A stretch of DNA of 64,000 nucleotides, from the NCBI GenBank assembly GCA_000091205.1, contig AP006499.2; one strand, given 5' to 3'. The notes under the pieces were generated by a model that was given only the letters and a program-made list of their open reading frames with translations, ran no database searches and had not been told where the DNA came from. Below, piece after piece: positions 22,390 to 33,034 of the stretch (its first letter is position 1; every line of letters starts with the position of its first letter). Source of the DNA: Cyanidioschyzon merolae. Its lineage: Eukaryota. A program made the translations under genes and the position numbers.

Positions 22390-23748
22390 ATGGCTTCGCT
22401 ACCTTCTCCGTGGCCCATCGTGGCGATAAAGAAGCGTCGGCGAATCGTCTTTGCAGGGTTCTCGGTGACGCGGGCAGTTTTCAAAAGGATAACTGAGTCG
22501 TTTCAGCAGCGCTGGCTGGCGAAAACCGGAGAAGATGTCGACTTCGGTCTGAGTTTTGCGGGATCTGGTATTCAGTCACGGGCCATTCGGGACGGTCTTC
22601 CAGCGCATGTATGCTGCTTGGCGCTCGTGGATGATATCGAAAAGCTCGCACGCGGGGGCTTCATTGACCAGGCGTGGCGGATGCGAACCCCCTACAACGG
22701 TATTGTTGCCCGCTCGCTGACGGTGGCTGGATACCGTCCTCAGTTGGACGCATCTCCGTCGACGGATAAGATATGCGAGTGCTTCTACGATATTTTGGCG
22801 AAGAATCTTGCAGTCATTACAGCGAATCCGAAATCAGCGGGAGCTGCACGGTGGAATTTTTTAGGGTTGTGGTCCGCGGCGCGCTCCGGAACTATGCGCT
22901 TCGAACCGACATTTATTCAGAATGCGCTGCAAGCGAGGGACTCGACAAAGAACGCGATCCTCCATCGAATGCTCGAGACGGAGAATGACTGGATTGCTTT
23001 GGCCTTTCTCAGAGAGGTGTATCTCCGGGCTCCGGTGCTCCCGCGGGACGGACGCGATGCCACCGATGTCTTTCTGCGCCAGGAGCTGGGTGACGTGCTA
23101 ATAACGTACGAGAATGAGGCCATTTTGGCTCAGATGCGGGGTCTTCCCCTCGCGTACAGCATACCATCAGCGGAAGCCAACTGTCTCATTGAGTTCCCCA
23201 TCAGCGTAGTGGACCGGAACGCAGACCGCGAGAAAGTTCGGGATGTCGCTGATGCTTTTGTGGAATATTGTTTCAGCGACGAAGCACAACAGATTTTTGC
23301 TGACTACGGATTTCGCCCGGTTTCTGAGCGAGTGTTTCAACAAGTTCGGGAAAGATTTCCATCCCCCAGTATTTTAGAGACTGTAGATGAACACTATGGT
23401 GGATGGAGTGCCGTCATGCAGAAATTTTTCGTCACCGGGGCAGTCTTCGATATTCTTTTAGAGCAGGTATCACTTGAGCTCTTGCGTAGAAGGAGAAGTC
23501 AGAGGCGATGGATCTTCGGTGGCAGGCGCGGCCGAGGTGCACAGCAGGGCAACATTCCACACCACAAGCACGCGAACCTGGTCATGGACTCTGACGAATC
23601 CGAGCAAAGCACCAACTATGCATCAATGCAAATCCCGAGAACGAATCTCGTCGTCGTCGAATACGAGCAGCAGCAGCAGCAGCAGCGTCTATGTCGAGAC
23701 GGGATATCTGACGAGCGTTGCATACGCGCGGCTTCTTGGCTGCAGTAA
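22390..23748 (+). CDS. sbp: Sulfate/thiosulfate-binding protein (Sbp/CysP-type periplasmic binding protein homolog). It is probably the substrate-binding component of a plastid sulfate ABC transporter, and has a C-terminal tail of about 100 aa of unknown nature.
   Basis: [26 protein letters not shown] aligns with the bacterial Sbp signature [40 protein letters not shown]...[45 protein letters not shown] matches the Sbp N-lobe. The domain ends near [10 protein letters not shown]. ATG at 22390; an upstream ATG at 22141 is also possible. Confidence 0.78.
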   Translation: [452 protein letters not shown]

Positions 23749-23831
23749 GCCGACGACGACGAACAGATACTGATTGCACGTATCCAACGAATAGGTCGCA
23801 GACGGTCCAACTGCTCGCTACGCAACCAGCT

Positions 23832-25838
23832 TCAATGTTTGCGTGTTGCGCTGCTTTTGGCGAGAAGCGCGTTGATAGCGCCGTAAAACTGTTTGGAAGC
23901 ATTCAAGTTGAGATCACGCGGAACGCAGACTCGTTGGCGAATATGCTCGAGAGCGCCCCTTGCAACAGGATCCGACACAGGAGGTGTGCCTTCAACGGTT
24001 CCGTGAATCAGCACCTGTGCAACACTGCAAAGCGCTACCTCAATGCTATCCGCATCCGGCGCGTTGTCTCGGCAATGCTTCCGCATATCGTTGACGATGC
24101 GAGAGAAATTACGAATGATCGCAGCTGCTGCCTCGAGTCGAGATTCACGGACAGTCGCGGGGCAGGTGCTCTCTGAGCTGTACTCGACCCAGGGTGTGCG
24201 TTCAGCTTCGTGCAGCACTTGCTCTTGGACGCGAGTAGCCTCTGCAGACTCGGAGCGCGCGGTGGTGCATCGTCCTATTTGCGGAGGTAGGTTCAGAACC
24301 GTTGAATACGCGTTTGCTTTCAAGTACGAGGGCCGCTCCTCGATTGCCTGAAACCATGCCTCTAATCGCGGCCAGCGAGCATTTCCTCGGATCTCTATTC
24401 CCTTCCAAAACGGTATGCTGTACTCGATACGCTCCAGAAAAGGAGCAATCGCACAGTCAACGAGGCCGGGTCCATGCTCGTTCCCCTCAGCGAGCACAGA
24501 GAGAAAAGGGAACCGCGGTGATTCACGAAGCGCGTACTCCACAGCATCCATTGTTTGCAAAAACTGCTCACGGAGGCGATCTGACAGGAACGTGGACCCT
24601 GTCAGATAACGAAGCCAGTCGGAGAAGAGCCGGCGCTCCAGCCTCAAAAGCTCCGTTTTGCGACGTGTTTCGGCTGGGGAGCGGGCGTAGGCGGCTGGAT
24701 ATTGGCTGAACATTGGATGCTCTTCAAAAAATTCCATAATATCCATCGACTCGGTGAGCAGGGCACCGGACGGCTGAAGTTTCACCGCTGGCAAGAGTCC
24801 GCTTGGGACCATGTCTAGGTACCATCGCGGTTTGGGGTTCTCCTCCGTCTCGTAACAGCGCATTGGTATATGGACAGTACGATAGGGAATCTTTCGTTCT
24901 TCCAAATAAAACTGGACTCGCTGGCAGTACGGACACCATAGCGCGGGGTCCCGGTACAGAACGACGGGAACCTCGTCATCACCGAGCCCCGAGTCGAAGA
25001 CCCGACAGACTTCCTCGAAAGAGAAGTGAACGAGTCGCTTCGCTTGCCTTCGGTCAGGTTGCAGGATCCCTTGTGGAACCTTTTGGGCAAGTTTCAAAAG
25101 ACGCTCAGCCAGAACGCTACGGGCCAGTGTGTCGCTCATCTTCACTGCAGCGGACCTGTTGCACTGCGCTACCTCACGTGGTGAACGACGGACTCCAAAC
25201 AGTTTAGATAGAGCGCCGTTTCCGAGACCCTCACAGCTCAATGAAAACAGTACCTGCATCGAAAGCTGGTCCGTTGCTCGTCTAAAAACCCGTATTTCAC
25301 CCAGTTTCCGCAGAGATACAGTGAACGTTTTAGAGATTTTGCTGTTCAAGCCACGCGCACAAAACTGGATGCTTTGCGTTGCCAAGGCACCTGATCGAGA
25401 ATGAACGCTTGTCCATGCCATGTCATTTGATCCATATTTGAGTCTACGAATGCCCAAGCAGGGACATGCAATATATCGGGTACAGTTGTCTTTCCTGTAG
25501 GCTGTACAGAGAGTCAAGTGGCGACTGTCGGAAGGTGTACACTTGTCGAGTTTCGACCAACACGCTCTCTCGAGAGCAAGCGACGTGTTTCTCGAGGCGC
25601 GGGTAGAAGTTTCCCGATAAAGAGTGCGCCGGTTTGATTGCATCGGGTCTCCGACGTTCTCACAGACGTGGCCTGAAGGAGTGTGCTGCTGCTTTATCGG
25701 TCGCCCTGGATTGTTGCACAGCCGCGACTCTGAAACACAACCCCTGGACAAGCGATCGCCAATGAGACGTGAGCCAAACAGGTTAAAATATTCCTCCCTT
25801 TTCGTCGACTTGCGAAGACGAGAAACTAATGGGAGCAA
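23832..25838 (-). CDS. Multidomain protein with a central thioredoxin-fold/GST module (Grx2-like CPYC active site plus a GST C-terminal-like helical domain). Flanking regions are unassigned.
   Basis: PVVLYRDPALWCPYCQRVQFYLEERKIPYRTVHIPM...PSGLLPAVKL matches a GST N-domain with a CPYC dithiol. ...RIEYSIPFWKGIEIRGNARWPRLEAWFQAIEERPSYLKA is GST-C-like. Uninterrupted 668-aa ORF. Confidence 0.55.
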   Translation of the reverse strand: MLPLVSRLRKSTKREEYFNLFGSRLIGDRLSRGCVSESRLCNNPGRPIKQQHTPSGHVCENVGDPMQSNRRTLYRETSTRASRNTSLALERACWSKLDKCTPSDSRHLTLCTAYRKDNCTRYIACPCLGIRRLKYGSNDMAWTSVHSRSGALATQSIQFCARGLNSKISKTFTVSLRKLGEIRVFRRATDQLSMQVLFSLSCEGLGNGALSKLFGVRRSPREVAQCNRSAAVKMSDTLARSVLAERLLKLAQKVPQGILQPDRRQAKRLVHFSFEEVCRVFDSGLGDDEVPVVLYRDPALWCPYCQRVQFYLEERKIPYRTVHIPMRCYETEENPKPRWYLDMVPSGLLPAVKLQPSGALLTESMDIMEFFEEHPMFSQYPAAYARSPAETRRKTELLRLERRLFSDWLRYLTGSTFLSDRLREQFLQTMDAVEYALRESPRFPFLSVLAEGNEHGPGLVDCAIAPFLERIEYSIPFWKGIEIRGNARWPRLEAWFQAIEERPSYLKANAYSTVLNLPPQIGRCTTARSESAEATRVQEQVLHEAERTPWVEYSSESTCPATVRESRLEAAAAIIRNFSRIVNDMRKHCRDNAPDADSIEVALCSVAQVLIHGTVEGTPPVSDPVARGALEHIRQRVCVPRDLNLNASKQFYGAINALLAKSSATRKH

Positions 25839-25999
25839 AGAAGCACCAAGTCCATAACTTCCTCTTTCTATATATCAGGATGATTACGAGTCCATCAGAG
25901 GCTCCAGCACGCCATCCGTACGGGGCTCTGAAGCCACGGAAACCGGGACCCCGAGACCAGTCGCTACTGTGGTCATGCCTGATGCGGGATATGTATCCA

Positions 26000-28900
26000 T
26001 TAAGCCTCGGCCTCAGGATACTGCGCGGCAAGAATAGACACCAGTTGCTGTGCGGCCGAGAGAGCCAGAGCGAAATCCGATTGAGCTTGTACGGAGATGC
26101 TCCGGCTGGTGAAGCGCTGTATCGCTGAACACTGAGCCCGAATTGCTTGCTCATGTTTCCGCAACGAGTTCACCGGGATCTTGCATAGACACTGCAGCAC
26201 ACGCGTAATCGTCGCCCAGGTGATGCCGCGGACCAGTTGAAGTGGCTCATGCTCGCGGGCAGTTCCCGGGGATTCTCTCCGACGGGCGTTTGTGCGAAGC
26301 GGCTGAGGAAGCAAGCGCGACATCGTAGCCCAGATCTTATCAGTGCGACTGCTTGCGAACCACGGCACGAGAATGAACGCGAGCTCGATCACATCACATG
26401 CAGCTATGCGCACATCCGCACGAGTTTGGAGCATGCAGCGCGGCACGTGATCGAGAACCCTGGCTACCATGGGCAGGAGCAACCTCTGGTTCGACGCGAG
26501 GCTCTCTAACAAGCCGTGCAGGAGCTGCAAGGCGGCGCGGCGGAGCTCTGGGCTCTGCCTCTCAGTGGCAGCGAGTGCAGCGCTCCCGACACTTTCGACG
26601 ACCTGTGCGAGACGGAGCAACGAGGGATCCTCTTCGACGTCATCTGCATCGGCGCGGTGCTCGCTGTCGCTCCGCAAGCATGGGTGTCGACCGAGCACTG
26701 CGCAAACCGTGTCCAGCAGTTCCAGGTTACGCAATGCACGCTCCTCAGACAGAAACGCGATGCCGCGACCGATATCCACCAGCTCATCCGAGACAAGTAC
26801 GAGAGACTCTGGCCCCGCGATCGAAAAGAAAAACCGTCTCGCCGATTCAGTTGATACAACTCGAATGAGGAAACTCAACTGCGCCCGAACCAGAGACTCG
26901 ACGCTGGCGAAGCCGGCGGCAGTTGCAAGAACCTGCAACGTTTGTGATGCCGCCGTCGCCAGGGCATTCGTGTCAGCAGCACTGCCGGAACCAGGTTCGA
27001 GTTCAGAATCTGCGGCAAGCGACGCATTCCGAGGGATCTTATCTTCTACAGGGGCAGTCATTTGGCTAGCTGAGGTTGCAACGGGCAAACTGACTGAGGC
27101 TACAAAAGCCATATACTTGTGCAAACAGCGACGCCGGAAATCCACAACGTCTCGCGCTGCCCAAGCAGCATATACCCGTATGCCCCGAAGGATCTGGATG
27201 AGAGTCGCGGGATCGTGTCGAGATTCCTCGCCGATTTCCAGATAGACAGAGAGAAGGTCGTCGCCATTCGATCGATTGGACACAGCCTGGCTTGCGTCCG
27301 GATGCTCTCGGGAAAGCGACCCCTGTAATAGGTTGTTAGCGAACGACAGCAGACTTTGTAAATGCTGGGCTTGGGCATCGCTTTTCCGACTATCAAGACG
27401 GCCGAGCATAGGGTCCAGAAGCGGGTCCATGGCTCCCGCATAGCCCAGCAACTGAACCAGATCACAGCGTTCCCCAGGGAAGAGGCGAGCGTTTGGCGGA
27501 GCGCCCTCGCTAGCGGCTTCCAGGATCCAAACCCCTGGGCTAGCAGGGCCCGCACGTGCATCACTGTCATGAATAGCTAGCAGAAGATCGAGGATATTCC
27601 TGCGCTCGTAGAGATACTGAACAAGGCGCGGCAGCGCAGACGCTCTTTGACACTGTCCCAGGTACACGAGAAGGCCAGCAGCGCACCTCATTCGCCTGCG
27701 ATGCCAAGGACGCTCCGGGTCGTCGGAGAATTCCCCCAAATCCTCGCCGATCCCGTCTAGCGCTCTTTCCGCTAATACGCTATCATAGAGCGCTTCGATA
27801 AATCGCAGTGCACGGGCAGCGAGCACAGCAACCTGGTGATGTTCGCTCGTGAGATATAGCGCCAGGTTTGCAAACAGCATTGGCACGTCATCTGCAAACG
27901 CATCCTGCATCCGAATGGATTCGAGCACTACAGTGCAAAGATACACACCAGCCGCCTGCACCAACGCCGACGGATGATGGTGCAGGGAGAACGCATTGCA
28001 GTTTTCGACGAGAATCCGATTGAGAAGCGCTTGCAATTTTGGAGCTACAGCGTGAATCCAGTGCTTTGTGTCCGCTTTGGAAGGCACCGGGGAAGCGTGC
28101 TCGGGAGAGACGATGCCCACTGCGGACTTGGTTTGTTGCCAGTTGCATCCGCTGGTGACTGACGCTGGCGCCGTCATCGATCCAGTTACCTCTGTTCCTA
28201 GAGAAGGTTCCAGTGCACGTGCGAACAGGGTCCCAAAGCATGTAGCAGCCTCTGCAATAACCAGCGCTCTTGTTTGGGCATCGCCTGCAATGACCGAGCA
28301 CAAACCCGAACTGATACCAGGTAAGCATTGGCGCAACTCGTCTTGAGGCAAGAATGCAATAAATCTGTGCAAGAGGCGAATGGCGCTGCTTCGCTGCTGC
28401 CATTGTGCTCTGGAACGAGACAGCTCCAAAAGGAACAAGAGAATACAAGAGATGGCACCGCGGCCTGCACGCTTCAAAGCCTCGGATAGAACTGCACACG
28501 GAAAACAATGTCTGCAGCCGGCCGTGAGCCTGCGCTGCGCACGAGGACCACCCTTGAGGCACGTCGCTTCCTTGAAAGCAGCATTCGCCTCCGCCGCTTC
28601 TCGTATAACTGGGCAGGCATTCTGCTTCGGCTCTAGTTTGCGTTGATTGTCGTGAGCAACGGCCCAGAGGCGGTCTACATGGCTGCTCTGTCCATTGGAA
28701 TCAGAGGCATGTTGCATCGAGTCATTGTTGGGAGGAGATGGATTCCGCGTTCGAACTACAGTATCCGGTATGAGCACGCCTCCCGCATTATCATGCTGCT
28801 CTGGCAGGTCCAGCTGCGCCAGACGCTTTGGTTCACCGGAAGCATCCCCTACATGAGAGTGAATCTGGCTTGCAAGCGGGCTGCTCAAATCGTCATCGAG

Positions 28901-29650
28901 CGCAAAGTTTTCATGATCGAGCCTGCCTGTTTCGAGCGTCACCTTCCTGGATGATAAGCTCTTCAGATTCTCATTGAATGTCGAGCTTCCATTGCCGAAC
29001 ATGCCTGACTCGAGCGACAGTTCCTGGGTTGACGGCTCGCGAGCCACGGGCGCTTCGATCCCGCGCGTTTGGTCAGTCCGAGCGCGAGCCCAGCTGGCTA
29101 CACAACGGAGTGCAACCTGCGCGGGCTCTGTGAAAACTTGCGAACAAGTGCCCGTTGTGTGCTTCCATACCTGAGGCGAAGACCCGGAAACCATATTAAG
29201 AGGAAGACTCTCGAAACGTCGCCAAAGTGCTGCCTCCAGCTGTGGAACGGAAGCGTCAACAACTTGCTCATCCAGAGGCGCGCTCTGAACCGAAAACGCT
29301 GTGCTCAAAGTTCGGATCAGCGTGTCGGCTAGGGCCGTTCTGGAGTCAACAAGTCGCTCTAGTACAACAGCAACGGAAAAGAAGAGTGCCGAGAGCACAG
29401 AAACACAGACTTCTGTGCTCCGCCCTAGGCACTGCGAATCAATTTGAACCCTCTGCAGCACCTCTGTGGTGTGCACAAGACTTTCGCGGACATCCGAAAA
29501 TGAAGTTTGCGACCGAACTCGCTGTAAATGAGAAGCCAGCTCGAGAAGCGTTCGGATGAACGCTGCGTTTCCAGGTTGCTCCGTAGAAAGCAGCAGCCGT
29601 GCTTTTTGCCGACAATTTGCTGGTTTCCGAGCACGTTCGTCTTGGTTCAT
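26000..29650 (-). CDS. Very large (1216 aa) hypothetical protein, leucine-rich and probably an alpha-helical (HEAT/ARM-like) repeat scaffold. No family assigned.
   Basis: A 3.65-kb uninterrupted ORF, which is strong evidence of coding. Its composition is rich in L/A/S. No catalytic motif recognised. Confidence 0.6.
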   Translation of the reverse strand: MNQDERARKPANCRQKARLLLSTEQPGNAAFIRTLLELASHLQRVRSQTSFSDVRESLVHTTEVLQRVQIDSQCLGRSTEVCVSVLSALFFSVAVVLERLVDSRTALADTLIRTLSTAFSVQSAPLDEQVVDASVPQLEAALWRRFESLPLNMVSGSSPQVWKHTTGTCSQVFTEPAQVALRCVASWARARTDQTRGIEAPVAREPSTQELSLESGMFGNGSSTFNENLKSLSSRKVTLETGRLDHENFALDDDLSSPLASQIHSHVGDASGEPKRLAQLDLPEQHDNAGGVLIPDTVVRTRNPSPPNNDSMQHASDSNGQSSHVDRLWAVAHDNQRKLEPKQNACPVIREAAEANAAFKEATCLKGGPRAQRRLTAGCRHCFPCAVLSEALKRAGRGAISCILLFLLELSRSRAQWQQRSSAIRLLHRFIAFLPQDELRQCLPGISSGLCSVIAGDAQTRALVIAEAATCFGTLFARALEPSLGTEVTGSMTAPASVTSGCNWQQTKSAVGIVSPEHASPVPSKADTKHWIHAVAPKLQALLNRILVENCNAFSLHHHPSALVQAAGVYLCTVVLESIRMQDAFADDVPMLFANLALYLTSEHHQVAVLAARALRFIEALYDSVLAERALDGIGEDLGEFSDDPERPWHRRRMRCAAGLLVYLGQCQRASALPRLVQYLYERRNILDLLLAIHDSDARAGPASPGVWILEAASEGAPPNARLFPGERCDLVQLLGYAGAMDPLLDPMLGRLDSRKSDAQAQHLQSLLSFANNLLQGSLSREHPDASQAVSNRSNGDDLLSVYLEIGEESRHDPATLIQILRGIRVYAAWAARDVVDFRRRCLHKYMAFVASVSLPVATSASQMTAPVEDKIPRNASLAADSELEPGSGSAADTNALATAASQTLQVLATAAGFASVESLVRAQLSFLIRVVSTESARRFFFSIAGPESLVLVSDELVDIGRGIAFLSEERALRNLELLDTVCAVLGRHPCLRSDSEHRADADDVEEDPSLLRLAQVVESVGSAALAATERQSPELRRAALQLLHGLLESLASNQRLLLPMVARVLDHVPRCMLQTRADVRIAACDVIELAFILVPWFASSRTDKIWATMSRLLPQPLRTNARRRESPGTAREHEPLQLVRGITWATITRVLQCLCKIPVNSLRKHEQAIRAQCSAIQRFTSRSISVQAQSDFALALSAAQQLVSILAAQYPEAEA

Positions 29651-29802
29651 CTAGACCGAAGGACTCTTAGAAGACGACGCTATGATGTTCACGTTGGATA
29701 CACGCCCACGCTCTCCTGTGCAAGCGTCAAACACCATACTCGCAATGCTTCGGCTCACGAGCACTCCTACGAGCACTGCTGCTGCTGCTGCTGCTGCTGC
29801 GA

Positions 29803-31110
29803 TTGCATCCCTCGACTGTGCCGGAAGCCTGCCGCCAAACTCGTACCGGCAGTGATGGTACGCTGTCGTGCGCTTCGGGCAGGATCGACCGCTCTATGAG
29901 CGCTTTCTTGATCCTTTTTTTGAAGCAGCACGATCCAAATAAGAAAGCTGATGATGCACCGCATCGAGCGCGACAGAAAAGCGGTTACTGGAAGGACCTT
30001 GTCCTGGTAGCACAGCAAATTAGGTTGTTTCAGTCAAGGTTCGGGCTCCCGAACGATCGTCTTCCAACTGAATATGAGCTCCGAAGGCACGGATATAACG
30101 GAGGTCATACGATTCTCCGAGCACTTCGATTGCACGGTGGTAAACGGGCGTTTCTGCAGAAACTTGCGCGTTTAGACGATCCAGAGGCAAAGGCGCCGTT
30201 CGCCTCCTGGCAGGAGGCGAGTCCGCAGCGAAAAGTTTCAGATGCTCGTCGGGTCGCTCGGTCTCTGAAACCAGAGTTGGAAGGACTTGCTCGGAAGCTC
30301 GGGTTACCTGGAAAGACCCTTCCGAACTTGTCTTTGATCCGTGAATACGAGCCGCTTCTGGCCAACGTCATTTGCAGTACGCCGGGCGGCTATGCCGCTA
30401 TTGCTCGCGAACTGAACTGTTGCATTGAGCAGCAAAAGCCGGTCAGCTGGGCGAGCATGCGTAGATTAAAGCCTCTGCCTCTCCAAGAGCTGAAACGGGA
30501 GCTCTTGAAATTCATCGCGGAGCGAACGGTCACGCCGGGCGTGATGCCCCCGGAGCGTATCCTGGCAAAGGCTGGACGCTTCGACTTGATTATTTCCATA
30601 GAGTACCACGGCGGCAGTCGAGCAGTGGCTGAAATATGCGAGCTTCGTGACTCTGCCAGCTGGGAATACGTGCTGGAAATGCGTGATCTGTTGCGAGAAT
30701 TGCGTGCCTATTTGAACCTTGCCAATAAGGGCAACGAAATGCCGAGCATCGCTGAACTCCAGCGACAAGGCCGTGAGGATCTCGCACGACTCATTCGACG
30801 ACACGGGGGTCCGCTCGTGTTTGCAGCGAGGTTCGGGCTGTATGTGCCTCCTTCTCGCAGAAGGCGAGAGGCGGATCTGAAATGGGGCCCGTTCTCCCTG
30901 GCGCTTGCCGTCCGGCTCCTGGATGCCTGTTACCAGCGGGGCAGAGCAGTCGATGGAATCCCTGAACTCCCGCCTCTATCCGAGTTGGATCTTGAGCTGC
31001 AGACCGAGATTGCCGAGTACGGAGGACCAGATACGGTTGCCCGTCGCCTCGGATTGGCGTTTGCACGTCCAGACGGAGCGTCTGGCACCTTGCGTGAGGA
31101 TCACTGCTGA
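29803..31110 (+). CDS. Hypothetical protein with four internal helical repeats of about 36 aa each. The consensus is [LM]P-x3-[EI][LI]-x3-G-x2-[DL]-x3-I-x3-GG-x3-[AV]-x3-L.
   Basis: Repeats: LPTEYELRRHGYNGGHTILRALRLHGGKRAFLQKLARL; LPNLSLIREYEPLLANVICSTPGGYAAIAREL; MPPERILAKAGRFDLIISIEYHGGSRAVAEICEL; MPSIAELQRQGREDLARLIRRHGGPLVFAARFGL. The true start is probably downstream of the CAG tract at the 5' end. Confidence 0.45.
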   Translation: MHPSTVPEACRQTRTGSDGTLSCASGRIDRSMSAFLILFLKQHDPNKKADDAPHRARQKSGYWKDLVLVAQQIRLFQSRFGLPNDRLPTEYELRRHGYNGGHTILRALRLHGGKRAFLQKLARLDDPEAKAPFASWQEASPQRKVSDARRVARSLKPELEGLARKLGLPGKTLPNLSLIREYEPLLANVICSTPGGYAAIARELNCCIEQQKPVSWASMRRLKPLPLQELKRELLKFIAERTVTPGVMPPERILAKAGRFDLIISIEYHGGSRAVAEICELRDSASWEYVLEMRDLLRELRAYLNLANKGNEMPSIAELQRQGREDLARLIRRHGGPLVFAARFGLYVPPSRRRREADLKWGPFSLALAVRLLDACYQRGRAVDGIPELPPLSELDLELQTEIAEYGGPDTVARRLGLAFARPDGASGTLREDHC

Positions 31111-32761
31111 CCCGTTGTGCGTGTGTTGCGCTTAATTCCATGTAAAATTTTGGTGTGCTTGTTCCAGATCGTAGAATGGTAGGTTTTGTTTGCATGAAGA
31201 CCGTCTAGAGTCGGAGGAAACACGCCGCGAGTCCGCAATCGTCTCATTCACTGAGGCTGGAGCACCGAATCTGCATCCTCTGGGTCGGATCTCCTGAGAA
31301 TACCCCAGAAAGCGGAATGGTTGCATCTTTTCGGGAAACTGGCGCGTGGAGCATCCTTCTTCTGCGTCGCATATCTTCAGAATAGCACAGAAATCTGAAT
31401 GCTTGAATCATGTTCGGAAGGAGGATGCTTCCGAACTGGGCGAACGAAAGCACTGTGCAGTGCACATGAGGTCATCGCGAGCGCTGCGATGCGCATAGCT
31501 CCACTCATGCTCCGTGCTGCCTTAAACACACAGGATGGTCAGACGAAACCATCGAGAACTTGCACAGTTTATGGCGCTACCAATGGAGCTACAAGTACAT
31601 GGAGTGACCAAACGAAACCGACAAGGCTTGGCACGAACTTTGCCGCTGCATCCGCTGCCTACTGATAAAGAGCGCTGCATTTGGCAGGCGCCCCGCTTCA
31701 AAAAGTCGCCTCGTTTTGCCCTGGGGCTCGTCGCTCAGAATCCGTCTTTAGAAGGTAAGTGGTTTACCCTGTGAGTTGCAGACGAAGACTCTGCCCCATC
31801 ACCGCGGCACGTAAGTGGCTTGAAGCAATTCCTCACTGGGCAATACAAGAGCTCCTCTGTTCTTCCTAACACAAGTATGCATCCGGCAAGTGCACGTGCG
31901 GAGCTAGCGCCAGCGTCGTGACCGACGGGTGATACGCAACACTCCCAAAGTGTATGTATTGGTTCAGCCGCTGCCACCGTTCTGTGGCAAGTCCCTAGCT
32001 AACAGCTGCATCCAGGAACCGTACCAGTTATCGTTGCCGCCCGCAAGTTCAGCCGCGTCACACAAGAGTCCCATAAGCAGCATGCGCCACAACGCCTGAT
32101 GCATCGTTCTGTTCGGAAAGATGCGTTCAACTCTTTGGCTCGCTGCTCGGCACTTGGGCAACATGCAGCGGCTGCTTCACGATGACGCCAGTGACAGGCC
32201 CAAGTACGGAGCAACCTTTTTGACTCGTTGCTCGTGGCGCTCGCGCTCGCAACCAGGCATCATGCCTGGTGACAAACCAGCGCCAACGTAGAAGCACGCG
32301 CGCGGATTAGACGCTGTAAAATAGGTTAGATTCTGAAACTTGTTGTCTCCGAACGTAGCAGAACGCTCTTCAGAACGTGAAAACATACGTAAACGTGCCT
32401 CTGCCGGTGTCGGGTGCAGCGGGCTTCAGCGTATGGACAGATACGAACGTACTGACAGAACTTAACTTGCTCGTTTGTTCGGTTTCTCTCTGTTGTGCTA
32501 CTTCCAAGAGGCGTTTCGAGGAAGGTGCCCCAGTGCACCGGAAGTTTCGAAAGAGCAAGACTGGTTCATTCAAGGGCACTGAAGGGTTTTTTCTCTTTAG
32601 CTCTCTTTGGCAGAGTGCTTGCTTCCGACGAGTTCACCAGGGGGCACGAGTCAGCGCTTTTACAGCGCTGGTCCGCCTGGCTTGACTGAAGTAGGTTGAA
32701 CACACTCTCGCCACTGTGCCAAGCCGAACTTTCGTTCCCCGAACCCAGGCAGTGCGGGGCA

Positions 32762-33034
32762 ATGACTGCGACTGGTTTCGCAGAGGCAGTGAAGCCCACA
32801 AACCTTCTGAGCGCGCTCCAGGGAAACAGGGTGTCCGTGCGCCTCAAATGGGACCTGGAGTACACCGGCCTCCTCGCATCGTATGACTCGTACTTCAACC
32901 TGGAGCTGGAGCATGCGGAGGAGCTTCAGCCGGACGGCTCAAGCCTTCCGCTAGGCGACATGATCATTCGCTGTAATAACGTTCTTTATATCCGCGACCT
33001 TCGATCCACAGTGCCGGTCCCGCCTCTATCTTGA
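32762..33034 (+). CDS. SNRPF: Small nuclear ribonucleoprotein Sm-F (SmF/LSm6-like Sm fold).
   Basis: LLSALQGNRVSVRLKWDLEYTGLLASYDSYFNLELEHAEE...GDMIIRCNNVLYIR closely matches SmF ([26 protein letters not shown]...ILIRCNNVLYIR). About 90 aa. ATG at 32762; the track begins at an upstream TTG. Confidence 0.8.
   Translation: MTATGFAEAVKPTNLLSALQGNRVSVRLKWDLEYTGLLASYDSYFNLELEHAEELQPDGSSLPLGDMIIRCNNVLYIRDLRSTVPVPPLS

Noticed and set aside
22141-23748. The window being a bacterial contig, given the periplasmic-type Sbp, a TnpB-like nuclease and intron-less ORFs.
   Set aside because: Neighbouring genes are strictly eukaryotic (Tousled-like kinase, Vps36, SmF, Nse4, ALG9, Brix). PetC, TPI and uS9 carry N-terminal targeting extensions, which indicates nuclear genes for organelle proteins.
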